From a virus, in the IMG/VR virus record IMGVR_UViG_3300027754_000069, positions 1 to 64,000 of that record: a stretch of DNA of 64,000 nucleotides; one strand, written 5' to 3'. Position 1 is the first letter of the stretch; each line of letters opens with the position of its first letter. Made by a program: the position numbers and the translations under genes. Under the pieces are notes generated by a model, which ran no database searches, was not told the DNA's origin, and saw only the letters and a program-made list of their open reading frames with translations. Below are positions 17,856 to 27,115 of the stretch, piece by piece.

Positions 17856-19355
17856 CTACTTCTTCTTAATATTAACCTTTGTTCCAGACCAAATCATTGA
17901 GCCCTTCTTATACTTAGGGTCATTCATTAGTTTTGGATTGATTGCTCGTACTTCAGATACTGTAAGCCCAGCATTCTTTGCAATACCTGATAAGGTATCA
18001 CCCTTCTTTACTGTGTATTTAGTGGTAGAACCACCACCACCAACAGATGGCTTAGAAGCTGCACCTGCTGCTGGACGTGTTTTAGAACCAGCCTTATATG
18101 CTGCAGTTCCTGGCACTAAGCTTTCTCCGCCTTTGCCATAACGTAATTTCTTGTTTTGATTTTCTGCCTTTGTAATCTTTTTGTTAAGTTCGTCCATACG
18201 TTGACGACGAGTTTTGCCAACAAGACCCATAGTTGCAAGATTAGCAAGGTTGCTTGCTTGTGTTACAGCACCTTCTTTAGCTGACATTGGCTTATCACCA
18301 AGCTTTGCCTTAAGACGGTTAATTTCTTTAAGGTCTTTGAATGTTGAACCTTTACCAGCGGAAACAACTTCTCCAGCAACCATAGCTAATGGGAATTTTT
18401 TAGCTGCAAACTTAGCTACACGAAATGTACGTGAACTCTTCTTAGCAACCTTTACTGCTTTACCTTCTGGCTTAGCAGTTGCCCTAGCTTTTTCTGCTTG
18501 AGGAGTTTGTGTCTTGCCTTTAGCAGAGTTAGCAAGTGCCTTGTTCTTTGCAGCAACACGTGCCTTTGCTTCTTCAAGACCTTTAGCCTCGTTACGCTTT
18601 AAATCAGCAAGCGTTACACGCTTAGGAGCTTTTGCTTCTGGCTTAGATGCTGCTTTAGCTGCTGGCTTTTCCTTAAATAGATTTGGATTAGCTGCTTTGG
18701 CTGCCTCTGCTGGTGTCTTACCTGCAGCACGAGCTGCTTCGTAAGTTGAAGGTTTAGCACCTGGCTTATTTGACTTCCAGTTTCTACGTTCTTCTGGTGT
18801 CATCTTTGCCCATGCTGCTTTATTGGCAGCAGATTTTGTCATCTTTGGCGCATCAGCAGTTTTTGCTGGAGCTTGTGGCTTAGGCGCTGTAGCTTTCTTT
18901 GAAGTTGGCTTCTTAGCAGCTGGCTTCTTTGTGTCTGACATAATTTCTTCAGCACGAGCTTTAGATACAACCTTGCCATTTTCTACAAAAGACTTACCTT
19001 TAGCTGAAACGGTTGACTTCTTAGTCGTTGGCTTCTTAGGCGCTTCTGCTTCTGCAGGAGTAGCCTTCTTGCCACCGTACTCACCAAATTCATCCCGCAT
19101 GCTAGAACGAAACTTTTCACGTGCTGTTTTTTGAGTAGCTTCGTAATCAGATTTCTTGAGATATGCGTTTTTGCCAAGGTCTGTCTTAGCAGATTCTGAA
19201 ACTTCTTTAGCAACAATTCTATCTTCGGCACTAATTTTTAACTTAGGGTCACGTTTTGCTGCTTGTTTCTTACCAGGAAATGCTGCCTTAGCAGCAGGTT
19301 TGGCAGCCTGCTTTGCCTGCCGATACTTTCGTGTGGTTGCCTTTTTGGCTGCCAT
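17856..19355 (-). CDS. Lys/Ala/Pro-rich (histone H1-like composition) protein with C-terminal LysM
   Basis: Extremely basic low complexity; YTVKKGDTLSGIAK LysM; homologue 58436..59914. Confidence 0.75.
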   Translation of the reverse strand: MAAKKATTRKYRQAKQAAKPAAKAAFPGKKQAAKRDPKLKISAEDRIVAKEVSESAKTDLGKNAYLKKSDYEATQKTAREKFRSSMRDEFGEYGGKKATPAEAEAPKKPTTKKSTVSAKGKSFVENGKVVSKARAEEIMSDTKKPAAKKPTSKKATAPKPQAPAKTADAPKMTKSAANKAAWAKMTPEERRNWKSNKPGAKPSTYEAARAAGKTPAEAAKAANPNLFKEKPAAKAASKPEAKAPKRVTLADLKRNEAKGLEEAKARVAAKNKALANSAKGKTQTPQAEKARATAKPEGKAVKVAKKSSRTFRVAKFAAKKFPLAMVAGEVVSAGKGSTFKDLKEINRLKAKLGDKPMSAKEGAVTQASNLANLATMGLVGKTRRQRMDELNKKITKAENQNKKLRYGKGGESLVPGTAAYKAGSKTRPAAGAASKPSVGGGGSTTKYTVKKGDTLSGIAKNAGLTVSEVRAINPKLMNDPKYKKGSMIWSGTKVNIKKK

Positions 19356-19373
19356 GATTATCCTTTACTTAAA

Positions 19374-19697
19374 TTACTTAGTGCGACGAATGATTGATTC
19401 AGCTCGCGATAATGTACGTTTGCGGTCTGCGATTCGACGTGCCTGCATTTGCTTTGTTTCTTTATCAGATAAACTTGTTGCACCTTTAGGGATAGTAAAA
19501 AGTGTATCTGCAGTTTTAGGGCTTTGTGCTAATTTACCAAATGCTATTCCTTGGCTAGGTGTCATTGGAAATTTATATGAAGTATTTGGATTATAATTAT
19601 TTGGTCCTTCTACCTTAACTTTTTTAGCCATTGTCTTTTTCTTAGCGGTAGATGATGCAACTACCTTTTTAGGTGCTGGCTTTTTTGCTTTTGCCAT
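19374..19697 (-). CDS. Basic hypothetical protein
   Basis: RBS AAGGA, Lys-rich; positionally equivalent to the unrelated 59917..60459. Confidence 0.6.
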   Translation of the reverse strand: MAKAKKPAPKKVVASSTAKKKTMAKKVKVEGPNNYNPNTSYKFPMTPSQGIAFGKLAQSPKTADTLFTIPKGATSLSDKETKQMQARRIADRKRTLSRAESIIRRTK

Positions 19698-19705
19698 TGT
19701 TATCC

Positions 19706-19855
19706 TTACTTAAGTTTGTTTTTGCTACCCTTGATTGTCTTAGGTGCCTTTGCTACGTCAACTTGACCTAGACCAATGCCTTTTCCTGCTGGCTTCTTGC
19801 CCATGATTGCTGAGCTTGTTGGTGCTTTTGTCATCTTTCCTTGCTTTCCGAACAT
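19706..19855 (-). CDS. 49-aa basic protein
   Basis: MFGKQGK..KAPTS.AIMGKK...NKLK conserved with 60490..60639; AAGGAG RBS. Confidence 0.7.
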   Translation of the reverse strand: MFGKQGKMTKAPTSSAIMGKKPAGKGIGLGQVDVAKAPKTIKGSKNKLK

Positions 19856-19868
19856 TTTTTCTCCTTGT

Positions 19869-21626
19869 TTATGCTGGTATTTGACGAGTTACTCTTGCTG
19901 CAAGATTTGGGTTTCCACCGCCAGTTAGACCTGCAAGAAGTTCTTGCATTGCTGGACGTTGTTGTTGGAATTCTGGCGCACCCGCGCCACCCATACCCTG
20001 TTCTGGACCTGCGCCCATTCCAGATGCTTCTGGCATCTGAGGTTGTGCTGGTTCTGGCTTGAACGCTTTGGCAACCGCGTCTTCTAACGAGGTACCCTTT
20101 TTACGTTCGGCAATAACTGCAGCCATTTTTTCAACAATCTTCATTGGGTCTTGACCTTGCATTACCATTTGTGGAATTGCTTGAGCCATTGATGCAACTG
20201 ACGCCTTGAGGGAGTCACGCATCTCTTCAATATCAATTGCTCGCTCTTCTTCTCCAGCATTGAGCGAAATCGGTAGATTGCGACGTAGCATCCCACGAGA
20301 GATTAGCTTGTCACCACGAGCTTGTAGACCCCAGACAAGTGCTCGGTTAGGGTCTAGACCTGCCATTAATCCGTATTCAACAGTAACTCCATAGTTACCT
20401 ATGATGTCAGATGATGGCTTGTACTTTAACTTGTATGGAACTCCATTTGCTGTAGCAGATACTTCACGTGTTATGTTCTCGAAGAATGCTTCGTCTGTAG
20501 CAAATGCTAGTGAAATTGCTTGACCAATTGCTTCGCCAAGTACTGATTGAATAACTTTAATCTGTGAATCAAATCCAGCCATAAGTGCCTTGACACCTTG
20601 ACCAGTAACGATAGAACCTTCAGCTTGACCTGCACGTGCCTGTGGGAAACGAGTTCCCAACTTCATTTCATCGGCTAGGACATTGTTTTCCGCAAACGCG
20701 AACTGAGGTACATCCAGATTAATACGACGAATTTTCTCAGGGGAGTTAGAACGAATAACTGAATCAGGACCAACGGAAAGCTGAGTAACGTCATTAGGCA
20801 AAGCAAGAGGAGCTTCAACAGATTTTTGGACAGCTTCCATAGTAAGGAGAGCCAAACGTGCTTTCGCCGCGTAGACTGGTAGTACGTCGTCGAATGACCC
20901 TCGGACTTCGCCATCAAGCGAAGGACGCTGAGCAATTGCAACTGGGACTTTACCGATTTTGTTTTCTGTTTGTGCAAGTACTATTCCTCCACGTTCTGGA
21001 ATAAACATGACTGTTTGCTTCTTGTCTGACCAACGTACAACTTCAAGTAGCTGGTTGCTATCTCCACGAGAGAATGCACCTGTTTGTAGAATTTGATTAG
21101 CGTACTCAGGGAACTGAGCTGCTAAATCTCCCGCCTTACGATAGTAAGAACGAGCATAAACTTGGACATCGCCAAATCTATCAACGTCATAGTATGCACC
21201 CATGGAATTTTCAACATGGATGTGAGGACGTTTTTCTTTAAAGTTAGGTTCTACACGGAATACAACAAATCCGTATGTTGCCAACTGGTCTGCGCCACGC
21301 AGTAGTTCCGTTCCAAGACGAGATGATGCTACGTAGTAATTAGCAATCTTAGTTCTCTTGTCAGCCTTGGTACGCTGGTTATCATCGAGAGATGAATCGC
21401 CAGCAGCAGTAATGGTAGGTAGAACACCAGCTTGCTCAGATACATCACGAGCTACAACGTCGATAAGGTTAGCAATAATTGGTCGTGACCAATTTCCTTC
21501 TGGAAGCAACCCTTTGAATACTTGGTCTGCTTGTCCAGCACGAACTAAGGCAACATCGCGCATGCGCCTGTCGCGCTCGGAGTTTCTAGCTTTTAACTGT
21601 TCAAAAGCTTGTACAAGTTCTTTCAT
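19869..21626 (-). CDS. Portal protein
   Basis: 585 aa directly after terminase; P/Q/M-rich C-terminus; homologue 60654..62429. Confidence 0.85.
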   Translation of the reverse strand: MKELVQAFEQLKARNSERDRRMRDVALVRAGQADQVFKGLLPEGNWSRPIIANLIDVVARDVSEQAGVLPTITAAGDSSLDDNQRTKADKRTKIANYYVASSRLGTELLRGADQLATYGFVVFRVEPNFKEKRPHIHVENSMGAYYDVDRFGDVQVYARSYYRKAGDLAAQFPEYANQILQTGAFSRGDSNQLLEVVRWSDKKQTVMFIPERGGIVLAQTENKIGKVPVAIAQRPSLDGEVRGSFDDVLPVYAAKARLALLTMEAVQKSVEAPLALPNDVTQLSVGPDSVIRSNSPEKIRRINLDVPQFAFAENNVLADEMKLGTRFPQARAGQAEGSIVTGQGVKALMAGFDSQIKVIQSVLGEAIGQAISLAFATDEAFFENITREVSATANGVPYKLKYKPSSDIIGNYGVTVEYGLMAGLDPNRALVWGLQARGDKLISRGMLRRNLPISLNAGEEERAIDIEEMRDSLKASVASMAQAIPQMVMQGQDPMKIVEKMAAVIAERKKGTSLEDAVAKAFKPEPAQPQMPEASGMGAGPEQGMGGAGAPEFQQQRPAMQELLAGLTGGGNPNLAARVTRQIPA

Positions 21627-21630
21627 GGAA

Positions 21631-23520
21631 TCACAATCTCGCTATTCGCTGCGCTGCAGCTAAGTCATCTAAGTTGACAATGTACCTAGATTCAATCTCA
21701 TGACGAGGTGTGAATTCGTTTTTGAGGAAGTTGGGTACATTCGCTGAAGTAAGTAAAACATCACGGGCTACGATTTCACAGAACCATAACGCCATTACGG
21801 CGTCCATCTTTAATCGCTTGCCCTGTACTCCTGGTTGCCAGGTTACAAGTTGTTCTATTAACTTTTTAATATGTTCATTTCTTGAAGAATCAGGCAACTC
21901 AATTATGTTGTCACCTGCATGCTTCAAGTTGTTATTGGTACCGTCTCGCTTAACTACGGTTCCAAATAACGGAGCCAGAGAGGCTACGCCAAACTCTGGG
22001 TCTTGCTTATTATTACCAGTATAATGTGGTCGGTAATTAATACCACGTGTAGCGAGGAAGTTTCTAATTTCCTCGTCTTGTGTTAAGAAAAGCTGAAAAG
22101 CATTTGATTCCACAATGACAGTATGCGGTTTGTAAGCATCTGTCCATTCTTTTATCAAAGAGCGAATTGCTGCAGGTGTTGGGGCTGTCATGACGTGAAC
22201 GTCCATGACGTAGCGTTTGTGTGTTCTGCGGTCAACTGCGTAAGCTACAGCTGCGGTGTCGCCAGACATCGCTGGGTCGATACCAATAACGCGATAGAAG
22301 TTCTGTGCATTATCAGGATGACCCGCTGCGCCTGCAATCAAAGCACCCGATTTTCTCATTCCATTGACTGCGCCTCTGACGCATGTCGGGTCGAAGATTG
22401 CATTCTCCGCGATATCGAGATTTTGGTAAACCAAGGACCACTTGGAAGGACCAGCCTCGTTGCGAACCGCCGTTAAGCGTTCGCCTGTCCATCGGTCAAA
22501 GTTCCCATTTTCGTCAGGCACATCAGTGTCTGTGAGGGGTTGCTCTGATTTTGCCCAAAGAGTTTTCCAATCCTTTGGATTGTCAGCGTACTGAAGTACT
22601 GCTGGCATGGACAAATATGACCACGGAAGGACACCGTCCGTGTAATGCGTTGAGTTGCGAAGTTCTTTATATAAGTCAACTGCTGATACGCGAGTACCAA
22701 CAACAAGAAGCTGACCACCACCTGGTGGAAGGCGGGAGGCAACTTCTTGTCTAATCCATTCTTGTTGCTTAGCCCATTCATTGGCGTTAGACAACGTCAC
22801 AACGTCGTCTAGCACAATTAAATCTGCACGTGCTCCATAGACCTGACCGCCCATACCGATAGCTTCAACGGTTGGGTCTTTAGCGTCATTGTCGCGGATA
22901 TCTCCGCCAAGGTAAATCTTGTTAGCCGACCACTGGTCGGCGGTTGCTTTGTAACCATCTGCTGGTCCAAAAGCTGCCTGTAGGTCAGCGTACCGAGGAT
23001 GTGTCAGTCGCTGCTTAATAGCGTAAAGAAACTTCTTAGCCTGCTCCTGGGTTTTCGAAATAACGATAACCGAGATATTAGGGTTCTTGACGATACGGTA
23101 GGTCACGTAGTTAATCGTAATGGTCATAGTCTTGGCGTGGTTTGGTGGTATGTTTACCAACAAACGAGCTAGACCAGCCGAGCCTTTTTCGTAGGTCATA
23201 GCTGGGTCAATCCAGCGGGGCTCTCGACCTTCTAGCATATCGACCACGTTAAGCATGTGGTCCCAGACTTTGGCACCAAGATATTTCTCGGAGAACTCGG
23301 CGAAATCTGAAAGATTCGTCCGAGCATCTTCTGCCAAATCGGCTGTTCTAAACCGAGCATTATCTATAAAGGCAGCGAAGCCTTGAGCTTCGCGCCGTTG
23401 GGTGTCATACCAAGAACGACTTCTACCAATAACTTTTAGAGAATCGGCGATGGTGCGCCCTTGGCGTACCAAGTCGATAAGTTCTTTACGTGCCTCTTCT
23501 GGGGTTAAGTTTCTTTCCAA
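21631..23520 (-). CDS. terL: Terminase large subunit with N-terminal HTH-like extension
   Basis: Walker A variant PPNHAKT, Walker B ADLIVLDD, coupling motif VGTR, nuclease IGIDPA/VESNAFQ/MDAVMA. Confidence 0.92.
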   Translation of the reverse strand: MERNLTPEEARKELIDLVRQGRTIADSLKVIGRSRSWYDTQRREAQGFAAFIDNARFRTADLAEDARTNLSDFAEFSEKYLGAKVWDHMLNVVDMLEGREPRWIDPAMTYEKGSAGLARLLVNIPPNHAKTMTITINYVTYRIVKNPNISVIVISKTQEQAKKFLYAIKQRLTHPRYADLQAAFGPADGYKATADQWSANKIYLGGDIRDNDAKDPTVEAIGMGGQVYGARADLIVLDDVVTLSNANEWAKQQEWIRQEVASRLPPGGGQLLVVGTRVSAVDLYKELRNSTHYTDGVLPWSYLSMPAVLQYADNPKDWKTLWAKSEQPLTDTDVPDENGNFDRWTGERLTAVRNEAGPSKWSLVYQNLDIAENAIFDPTCVRGAVNGMRKSGALIAGAAGHPDNAQNFYRVIGIDPAMSGDTAAVAYAVDRRTHKRYVMDVHVMTAPTPAAIRSLIKEWTDAYKPHTVIVESNAFQLFLTQDEEIRNFLATRGINYRPHYTGNNKQDPEFGVASLAPLFGTVVKRDGTNNNLKHAGDNIIELPDSSRNEHIKKLIEQLVTWQPGVQGKRLKMDAVMALWFCEIVARDVLLTSANVPNFLKNEFTPRHEIESRYIVNLDDLAAAQRIARL

Positions 23521-23667
23521 GTCATCTCCAGTACCTGTAGGGGTCTACAAGAGGATAGACAGAGGTATCCCCACATAAGCATATTTACCAAACTAAGCAG
23601 GCGTTAAGCCTGCGTCTAAGGCTCAGTGGAACTTCGCCTTTATACTTATATAGGGGTCTAGAGAGTC

Positions 23668-23675
23668 GGCGTGTC
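23668..23675. promoter_or_regulatory. GACACGCC box (WhiA-type GACAC motif) upstream of terL
   Basis: Same octamer at 24408..24415 and 37640..37647, all in promoter-bearing intergenic DNA. Confidence 0.45.
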
Positions 23676-23761
23676 TCAATAGCATTTGGAAATTATTTTT
23701 AGTTATTTTATATAACCGCAGGTCAGCAGCTGTTTCTGGTGAAAATATTTTAGGTGATAGT

Positions 23762-23783
23762 GGGGGGCGGGTGGGGGGTGGGG
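23762..23783 (+). other. G-quadruplex-forming motif G6-C-G3-T-G6-T-G4 in late/early divergence region
   Basis: Four G-tracts with 1-nt loops. Confidence 0.6.
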
Positions 23784-23818
23784 TTAAAAACCCTAGGGGT
23801 CGGCAGGGGCGGACGCAC

Positions 23819-23849
23819 AAAAAAAGGGGCAAGGGTTGCCCCCTGCCCC
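23819..23849 (-). terminator. Intrinsic terminator
   Basis: GC stem with GCAA tetraloop followed by U7 on minus strand; downstream of 24045..24317. Confidence 0.7.
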
Positions 23850-24044
23850 GCATGAATTACGCCTGCGTAGGTGAGCCCCTCCCCCACTCCATGGTGTGGA
23901 GCGAGAGAGAGGCTTGACTATCTGTAGAGGGTTAACCCTCGTCTATCCATCCGTCCCGTTCAATGTCGGGCTCGCATACGCATCTACTTGGTTGGACGTT
24001 GATGCGCCCACACGTTGGACACGTTCTGAATTGTCCCTTGTCAC

Positions 24045-24317
24045 TCATGCGCTCACCCGCTTGAGAACTACGCGAAGGTTACTCGCGACGATACTTAACT
24101 CACGCACTCCGAAGCTTTCGACTACGTCGAACACGATACCGACCTTGCCTTTACCTAGTGGAACTAGGTCACCTAGTTGAGCATACTTGAGCGAGGTTAA
24201 TTCGAAATCTGGTACATGGTCGAGCGAAGGTACGTTATAGAAACTCTTAACTTCGTTAACTTCATCCTTGAGATTTACTAGTAAATCATCGTGTGTCCAT
24301 GCTGTAATCATCTTCAT
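24045..24317 (-). CDS. Hypothetical protein (own promoter and terminator)
   Basis: AACCGAAAGG leader motif, consensus promoter upstream. Confidence 0.6.
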   Translation of the reverse strand: MKMITAWTHDDLLVNLKDEVNEVKSFYNVPSLDHVPDFELTSLKYAQLGDLVPLGKGKVGIVFDVVESFGVRELSIVASNLRVVLKRVSA

Positions 24318-24362
24318 GCCTTTCGGTTAATTCAACCAACCCAGCGCTGATTGAATGACACC

Positions 24363-24391
24363 AGAATACACGACCAGCCCCAGCATGTCAA
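24363..24391 (-). promoter_or_regulatory. Consensus sigma-A promoter
   Basis: TTGACA-17 nt-TATTCT on minus strand. Confidence 0.8.
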
Positions 24392-24580
24392 ATTCAGACG
24401 GACAGGAGGCGTGTCTTGAGCCTATCGTCATGTCATACATACATGAACACCCATCCACATACACATCGGCACATACACACACGCGCAGGGACATGCCTGC
24501 ATGCATACGGATGGATGACAGTTCACGCGGATTGGTTACTAACAGGCGGGCGCCGTGATGCAGGCGCTACGCGCATCTCA

Positions 24581-24614
24581 AGATAGCAAAGCAAAGCTTT
24601 GCATTATTAAGGAG
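24581..24614 (+). repeat. Hairpin repeat element 1 (AGATA-GCAAAGC-AAA-GCTTTGC-ATTATTAAGGAG)
   Basis: Shared with 25626 and 27081, stem position 4 covaries. Confidence 0.8.
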
Positions 24615-24653
24615 TGACCAGCCAAAATTTGGTTGGCAGATTGGAGAAAAGTT

Positions 24654-24827
24654 ATGAACGGTTATGGACTCTATTGGGGAGACTTCCTTGCAATTGGGAT
24701 TCTCTTCAGCGTGATTGGCATCCTACTCGTGGCTCTTGCATGGGACTACGTGGACATCAAGATAGCAGACCGTAGGTCTGCAGATATAGAGAAGCACTGG
24801 GCAACAACGATTCGAGAGGAACGATAA
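24654..24827 (+). CDS. Small membrane protein
   Basis: GGAG RBS before ATG 24654; one hydrophobic helix. Confidence 0.6.
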   Translation: MNGYGLYWGDFLAIGILFSVIGILLVALAWDYVDIKIADRRSADIEKHWATTIREER

Positions 24828-25003
24828 TGGATTACAAAGTAAAACTCAACTGGCAAGAAGACGAGTTCGCATCTCGCGGAACAACCTACTTCGTAGAGTT
24901 CCTGAAGATGGATGACACTTCTCTAGGAGAAGTGGATGGCAACTCATGGCAAGAAGTATTCACCAAAGCGGTGAATTACCTACAAGAGATAGGAGAAATC
25001 TAA
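24827..25003 (+). CDS. Hypothetical protein (58 aa, MDYKVKLNWQ...)
   Basis: TAATG coupling at both ends, GAGG RBS. Confidence 0.6.
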   Translation: MDYKVKLNWQEDEFASRGTTYFVEFLKMDDTSLGEVDGNSWQEVFTKAVNYLQEIGEI

Positions 25004-25362
25004 TGGGAGCACGTATCAATTTCGTACTGAAGGTATACCCGACAGAGCAAGCACACGTCACGCTCTACTCACATTGGGGCGAGACTACTTGGCGTTACGA
25101 TTTAGCAATGGCATTGCTACATGCCAAGCCTCGATGGGATGACCAGAACTACGGAGCACGAATAGTTGTTTCACAACTAATCGGTGACAACTGGAACAAT
25201 GAGACAGGCTACGGCTTGTTCACAAGCGTTGACGGCGAGGACTTAGGGGACACCACTGTAGTGGTGGACTTTACAAATCAAACAGTCAATGATACAGGCA
25301 ACGAACATTCGTTCGGTGCTTTCATCGAATACCAAACGGAAATGGTGGAATATCATGGGTAA
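25003..25362 (+). CDS. Hypothetical protein (MGARINF...LYSHWG)
   Basis: AGGAG RBS, coupled start. Confidence 0.7.
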   Translation: MGARINFVLKVYPTEQAHVTLYSHWGETTWRYDLAMALLHAKPRWDDQNYGARIVVSQLIGDNWNNETGYGLFTSVDGEDLGDTTVVVDFTNQTVNDTGNEHSFGAFIEYQTEMVEYHG

Positions 25363-25627
25363 CGCAACAGCGCAAGACTTAGCAGAGAATGTCATAGACA
25401 TTCGTCAATCAGTGGCGATTCAATTGCGAAGCAATCACTATCCGCCAGTACCTCTCAGCATGGTGGAACCATGTATCGAAGCCATCTATGCAGTATCGGA
25501 TGGTGATACTCATAAGAGTATCCAACTACCAGACGGTGTCGAGTGGCGTGGCTACCCGACAGCCCCTGCATATGCCATCGTCGAGGGGCATCATCTCGAA
25601 CCATGGTGTGACTTCGACCATCAATAG
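25355..25627 (+). CDS. Hypothetical protein (NHYPPVP...HHLEPW)
   Basis: Overlapping start, typical early-gene packing. Confidence 0.7.
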   Translation: MGNATAQDLAENVIDIRQSVAIQLRSNHYPPVPLSMVEPCIEAIYAVSDGDTHKSIQLPDGVEWRGYPTAPAYAIVEGHHLEPWCDFDHQ

Positions 25628-25660
25628 ATAGCACAGCAAAGCTGTGCATATATATAAGGG
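25626..25660 (+). repeat. Hairpin repeat element 2 (AGATA-GCACAGC-AAA-GCTGTGC-ATATATATAAGGG)
   Basis: See 24581 and 27081. Confidence 0.85.
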
Positions 25661-25689
25661 CTAACCAACCAACCGAAAGGAGCAACACA

Positions 25690-26415
25690 ATGGCAGGACT
25701 AAAGCGTTCCAATGACCGTAAGGTCACCAACTTACCAACACCAAACGGCAAACGCTCAGCAATCATGAACACGTTCGGCTTACCTAGTGGTAAGCAGTAC
25801 TCATGTCCCAACGCCACCAGTATATGCGAGAAGATTTGCTACGCTGGAAAGTTAGAACGTATCTATCCCTCTGTGAGGGATGTGCTACTTCATAACTGGA
25901 ATCTCTTGAAGGATGCAGAGTACGACACTATGGTGTCGCTGATTGATGACATGGTGACGGCATTCGAATACGATTGCAAAGCAAAAGATGCAGAACAAAT
26001 GTTCCGCATCCATTGGGATGGGGATTTCTTCTCCGATACCTATGCCAGAGCATGGCGTGACGTAATCGAAAAGCATACTGATACCCAGTTCTGGGTATAT
26101 ACCAGAGTTCCATCTGCTGCTCGTTGGTTAGATGGGATAGCAAACTTGTCGCTGTACTTTAGTACAGATGATGAGAACAAAGACAGCGCTGTCTATCTAC
26201 GAGAGACAGGACAAAAGATAAAGGTTGCCTATCTGTCTGAGACTTTTGCTGATGCAAAAGAGATAATGCTTAGCATGACTGGCAAGGTGGGTGCGAAATG
26301 TCCAGAGAATCTGGGTTCAATCCCGCTAATCAGTACCGAAGGTAGTGCTTGTGCTACATGCCGTCTATGTATCGACGGTAAATCCGATATCCGATTTGCA
26401 ATAGCAAAGAAATGA
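25690..26415 (+). CDS. GP88-family (radical-SAM-like) protein
   Basis: FGLPSG..SCPxATxxCxxxCYA, FRIHWDGDF, FWVYTR motifs. Confidence 0.75.
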   Translation: MAGLKRSNDRKVTNLPTPNGKRSAIMNTFGLPSGKQYSCPNATSICEKICYAGKLERIYPSVRDVLLHNWNLLKDAEYDTMVSLIDDMVTAFEYDCKAKDAEQMFRIHWDGDFFSDTYARAWRDVIEKHTDTQFWVYTRVPSAARWLDGIANLSLYFSTDDENKDSAVYLRETGQKIKVAYLSETFADAKEIMLSMTGKVGAKCPENLGSIPLISTEGSACATCRLCIDGKSDIRFAIAKK

Positions 26416-26759
26416 GGGCAGACATGAACACAGTAGAAGATAGTGTGGCTTTACTTAGTAAAGCTGCCGAATCATTAACAACTTATCGCACATCACTAGA
26501 GGTATGGCGTTCCGCCATGACTGACCTAGCAATCTGGCATTCACTAGAAGCCATGCTTGCAGACCAAGAAGAGTACGACATCGCAACCGTATTCACACGA
26601 GATGTACTGATGGCGTGGATTATCCGCGACCATTGGCAACCAGTATCTATCGATGAGGATGGATACGAAGGTATCGACATCGCAGTCAGAGCCTATCTAA
26701 TAGATAGCAAACTGGCACTAGACCCACACCACATGGAGGAGGATGAAGATGACGAATGA
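26412..26759 (+). CDS. Hypothetical acidic protein
   Basis: ATGA overlap with GP88. Confidence 0.6.
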   Translation: MRADMNTVEDSVALLSKAAESLTTYRTSLEVWRSAMTDLAIWHSLEAMLADQEEYDIATVFTRDVLMAWIIRDHWQPVSIDEDGYEGIDIAVRAYLIDSKLALDPHHMEEDEDDE

Positions 26760-26895
26760 CAGCATAAGTTGGGGTGAGTTAGCAGAACTAACTCATCAGA
26801 TACAGGTAGAACGCTTTCAATTCTGCATGTGTGAAGACAATGAAGGTAATGAGAATCCATACGCAGACTGCCCGAAAGGGGAAGGCAATGAGTAA
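26749..26895 (+). CDS. Hypothetical 48-aa protein (MTNDSISWGELAELTH...)
   Basis: GGAGG upstream, overlaps both neighbours. Confidence 0.55.
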   Translation: MTNDSISWGELAELTHQIQVERFQFCMCEDNEGNENPYADCPKGEGNE

Positions 26896-27070
26896 ACATA
26901 TCTATGATATGAACGCTGAAGAACTGGCTCAACTTGTGTGCTTCGGATACGAGGGACACCCATGTACCAACACGATGGATGAATATGGCTGTCGGAATAG
27001 CATGAAGGACAACGAACCATTCTGTTCAGAATGCTGTGCCGATACGAATGACGGCGCATGCTGTGGATAA
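26888..27070 (+). CDS. Small Cys-rich protein
   Basis: CCCGAAAGG leader; 8 Cys in 60 aa. Confidence 0.55.
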   Translation: MSKHIYDMNAEELAQLVCFGYEGHPCTNTMDEYGCRNSMKDNEPFCSECCADTNDGACCG

Positions 27071-27080
27071 CAGGCGTCAA

Positions 27081-27115
27081 AGATAGCATAGCAAAGCTAT
27101 GCATATATATAGGAG
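27081..27115 (+). repeat. Hairpin repeat element 3 (AGATA-GCATAGC-AAA-GCTATGC-ATATATATAGGAG)
   Basis: See 24581 and 25626. Confidence 0.85.

Noticed and set aside
23623-24558. ORF-track calls 23623..23853, 23896..24180 and 24355..24558
   Set aside because: They run through G-tracts, a terminator or promoter motifs, or are antisense to a better-supported gene, and lack an RBS
24581-27115. CRISPR-like or integron attC array
   Set aside because: Repeats are 1-1.5 kb apart and enclose several genes; no cas or integron integrase; no GTTRRRY core. The Cas4-like gene is in a replication context
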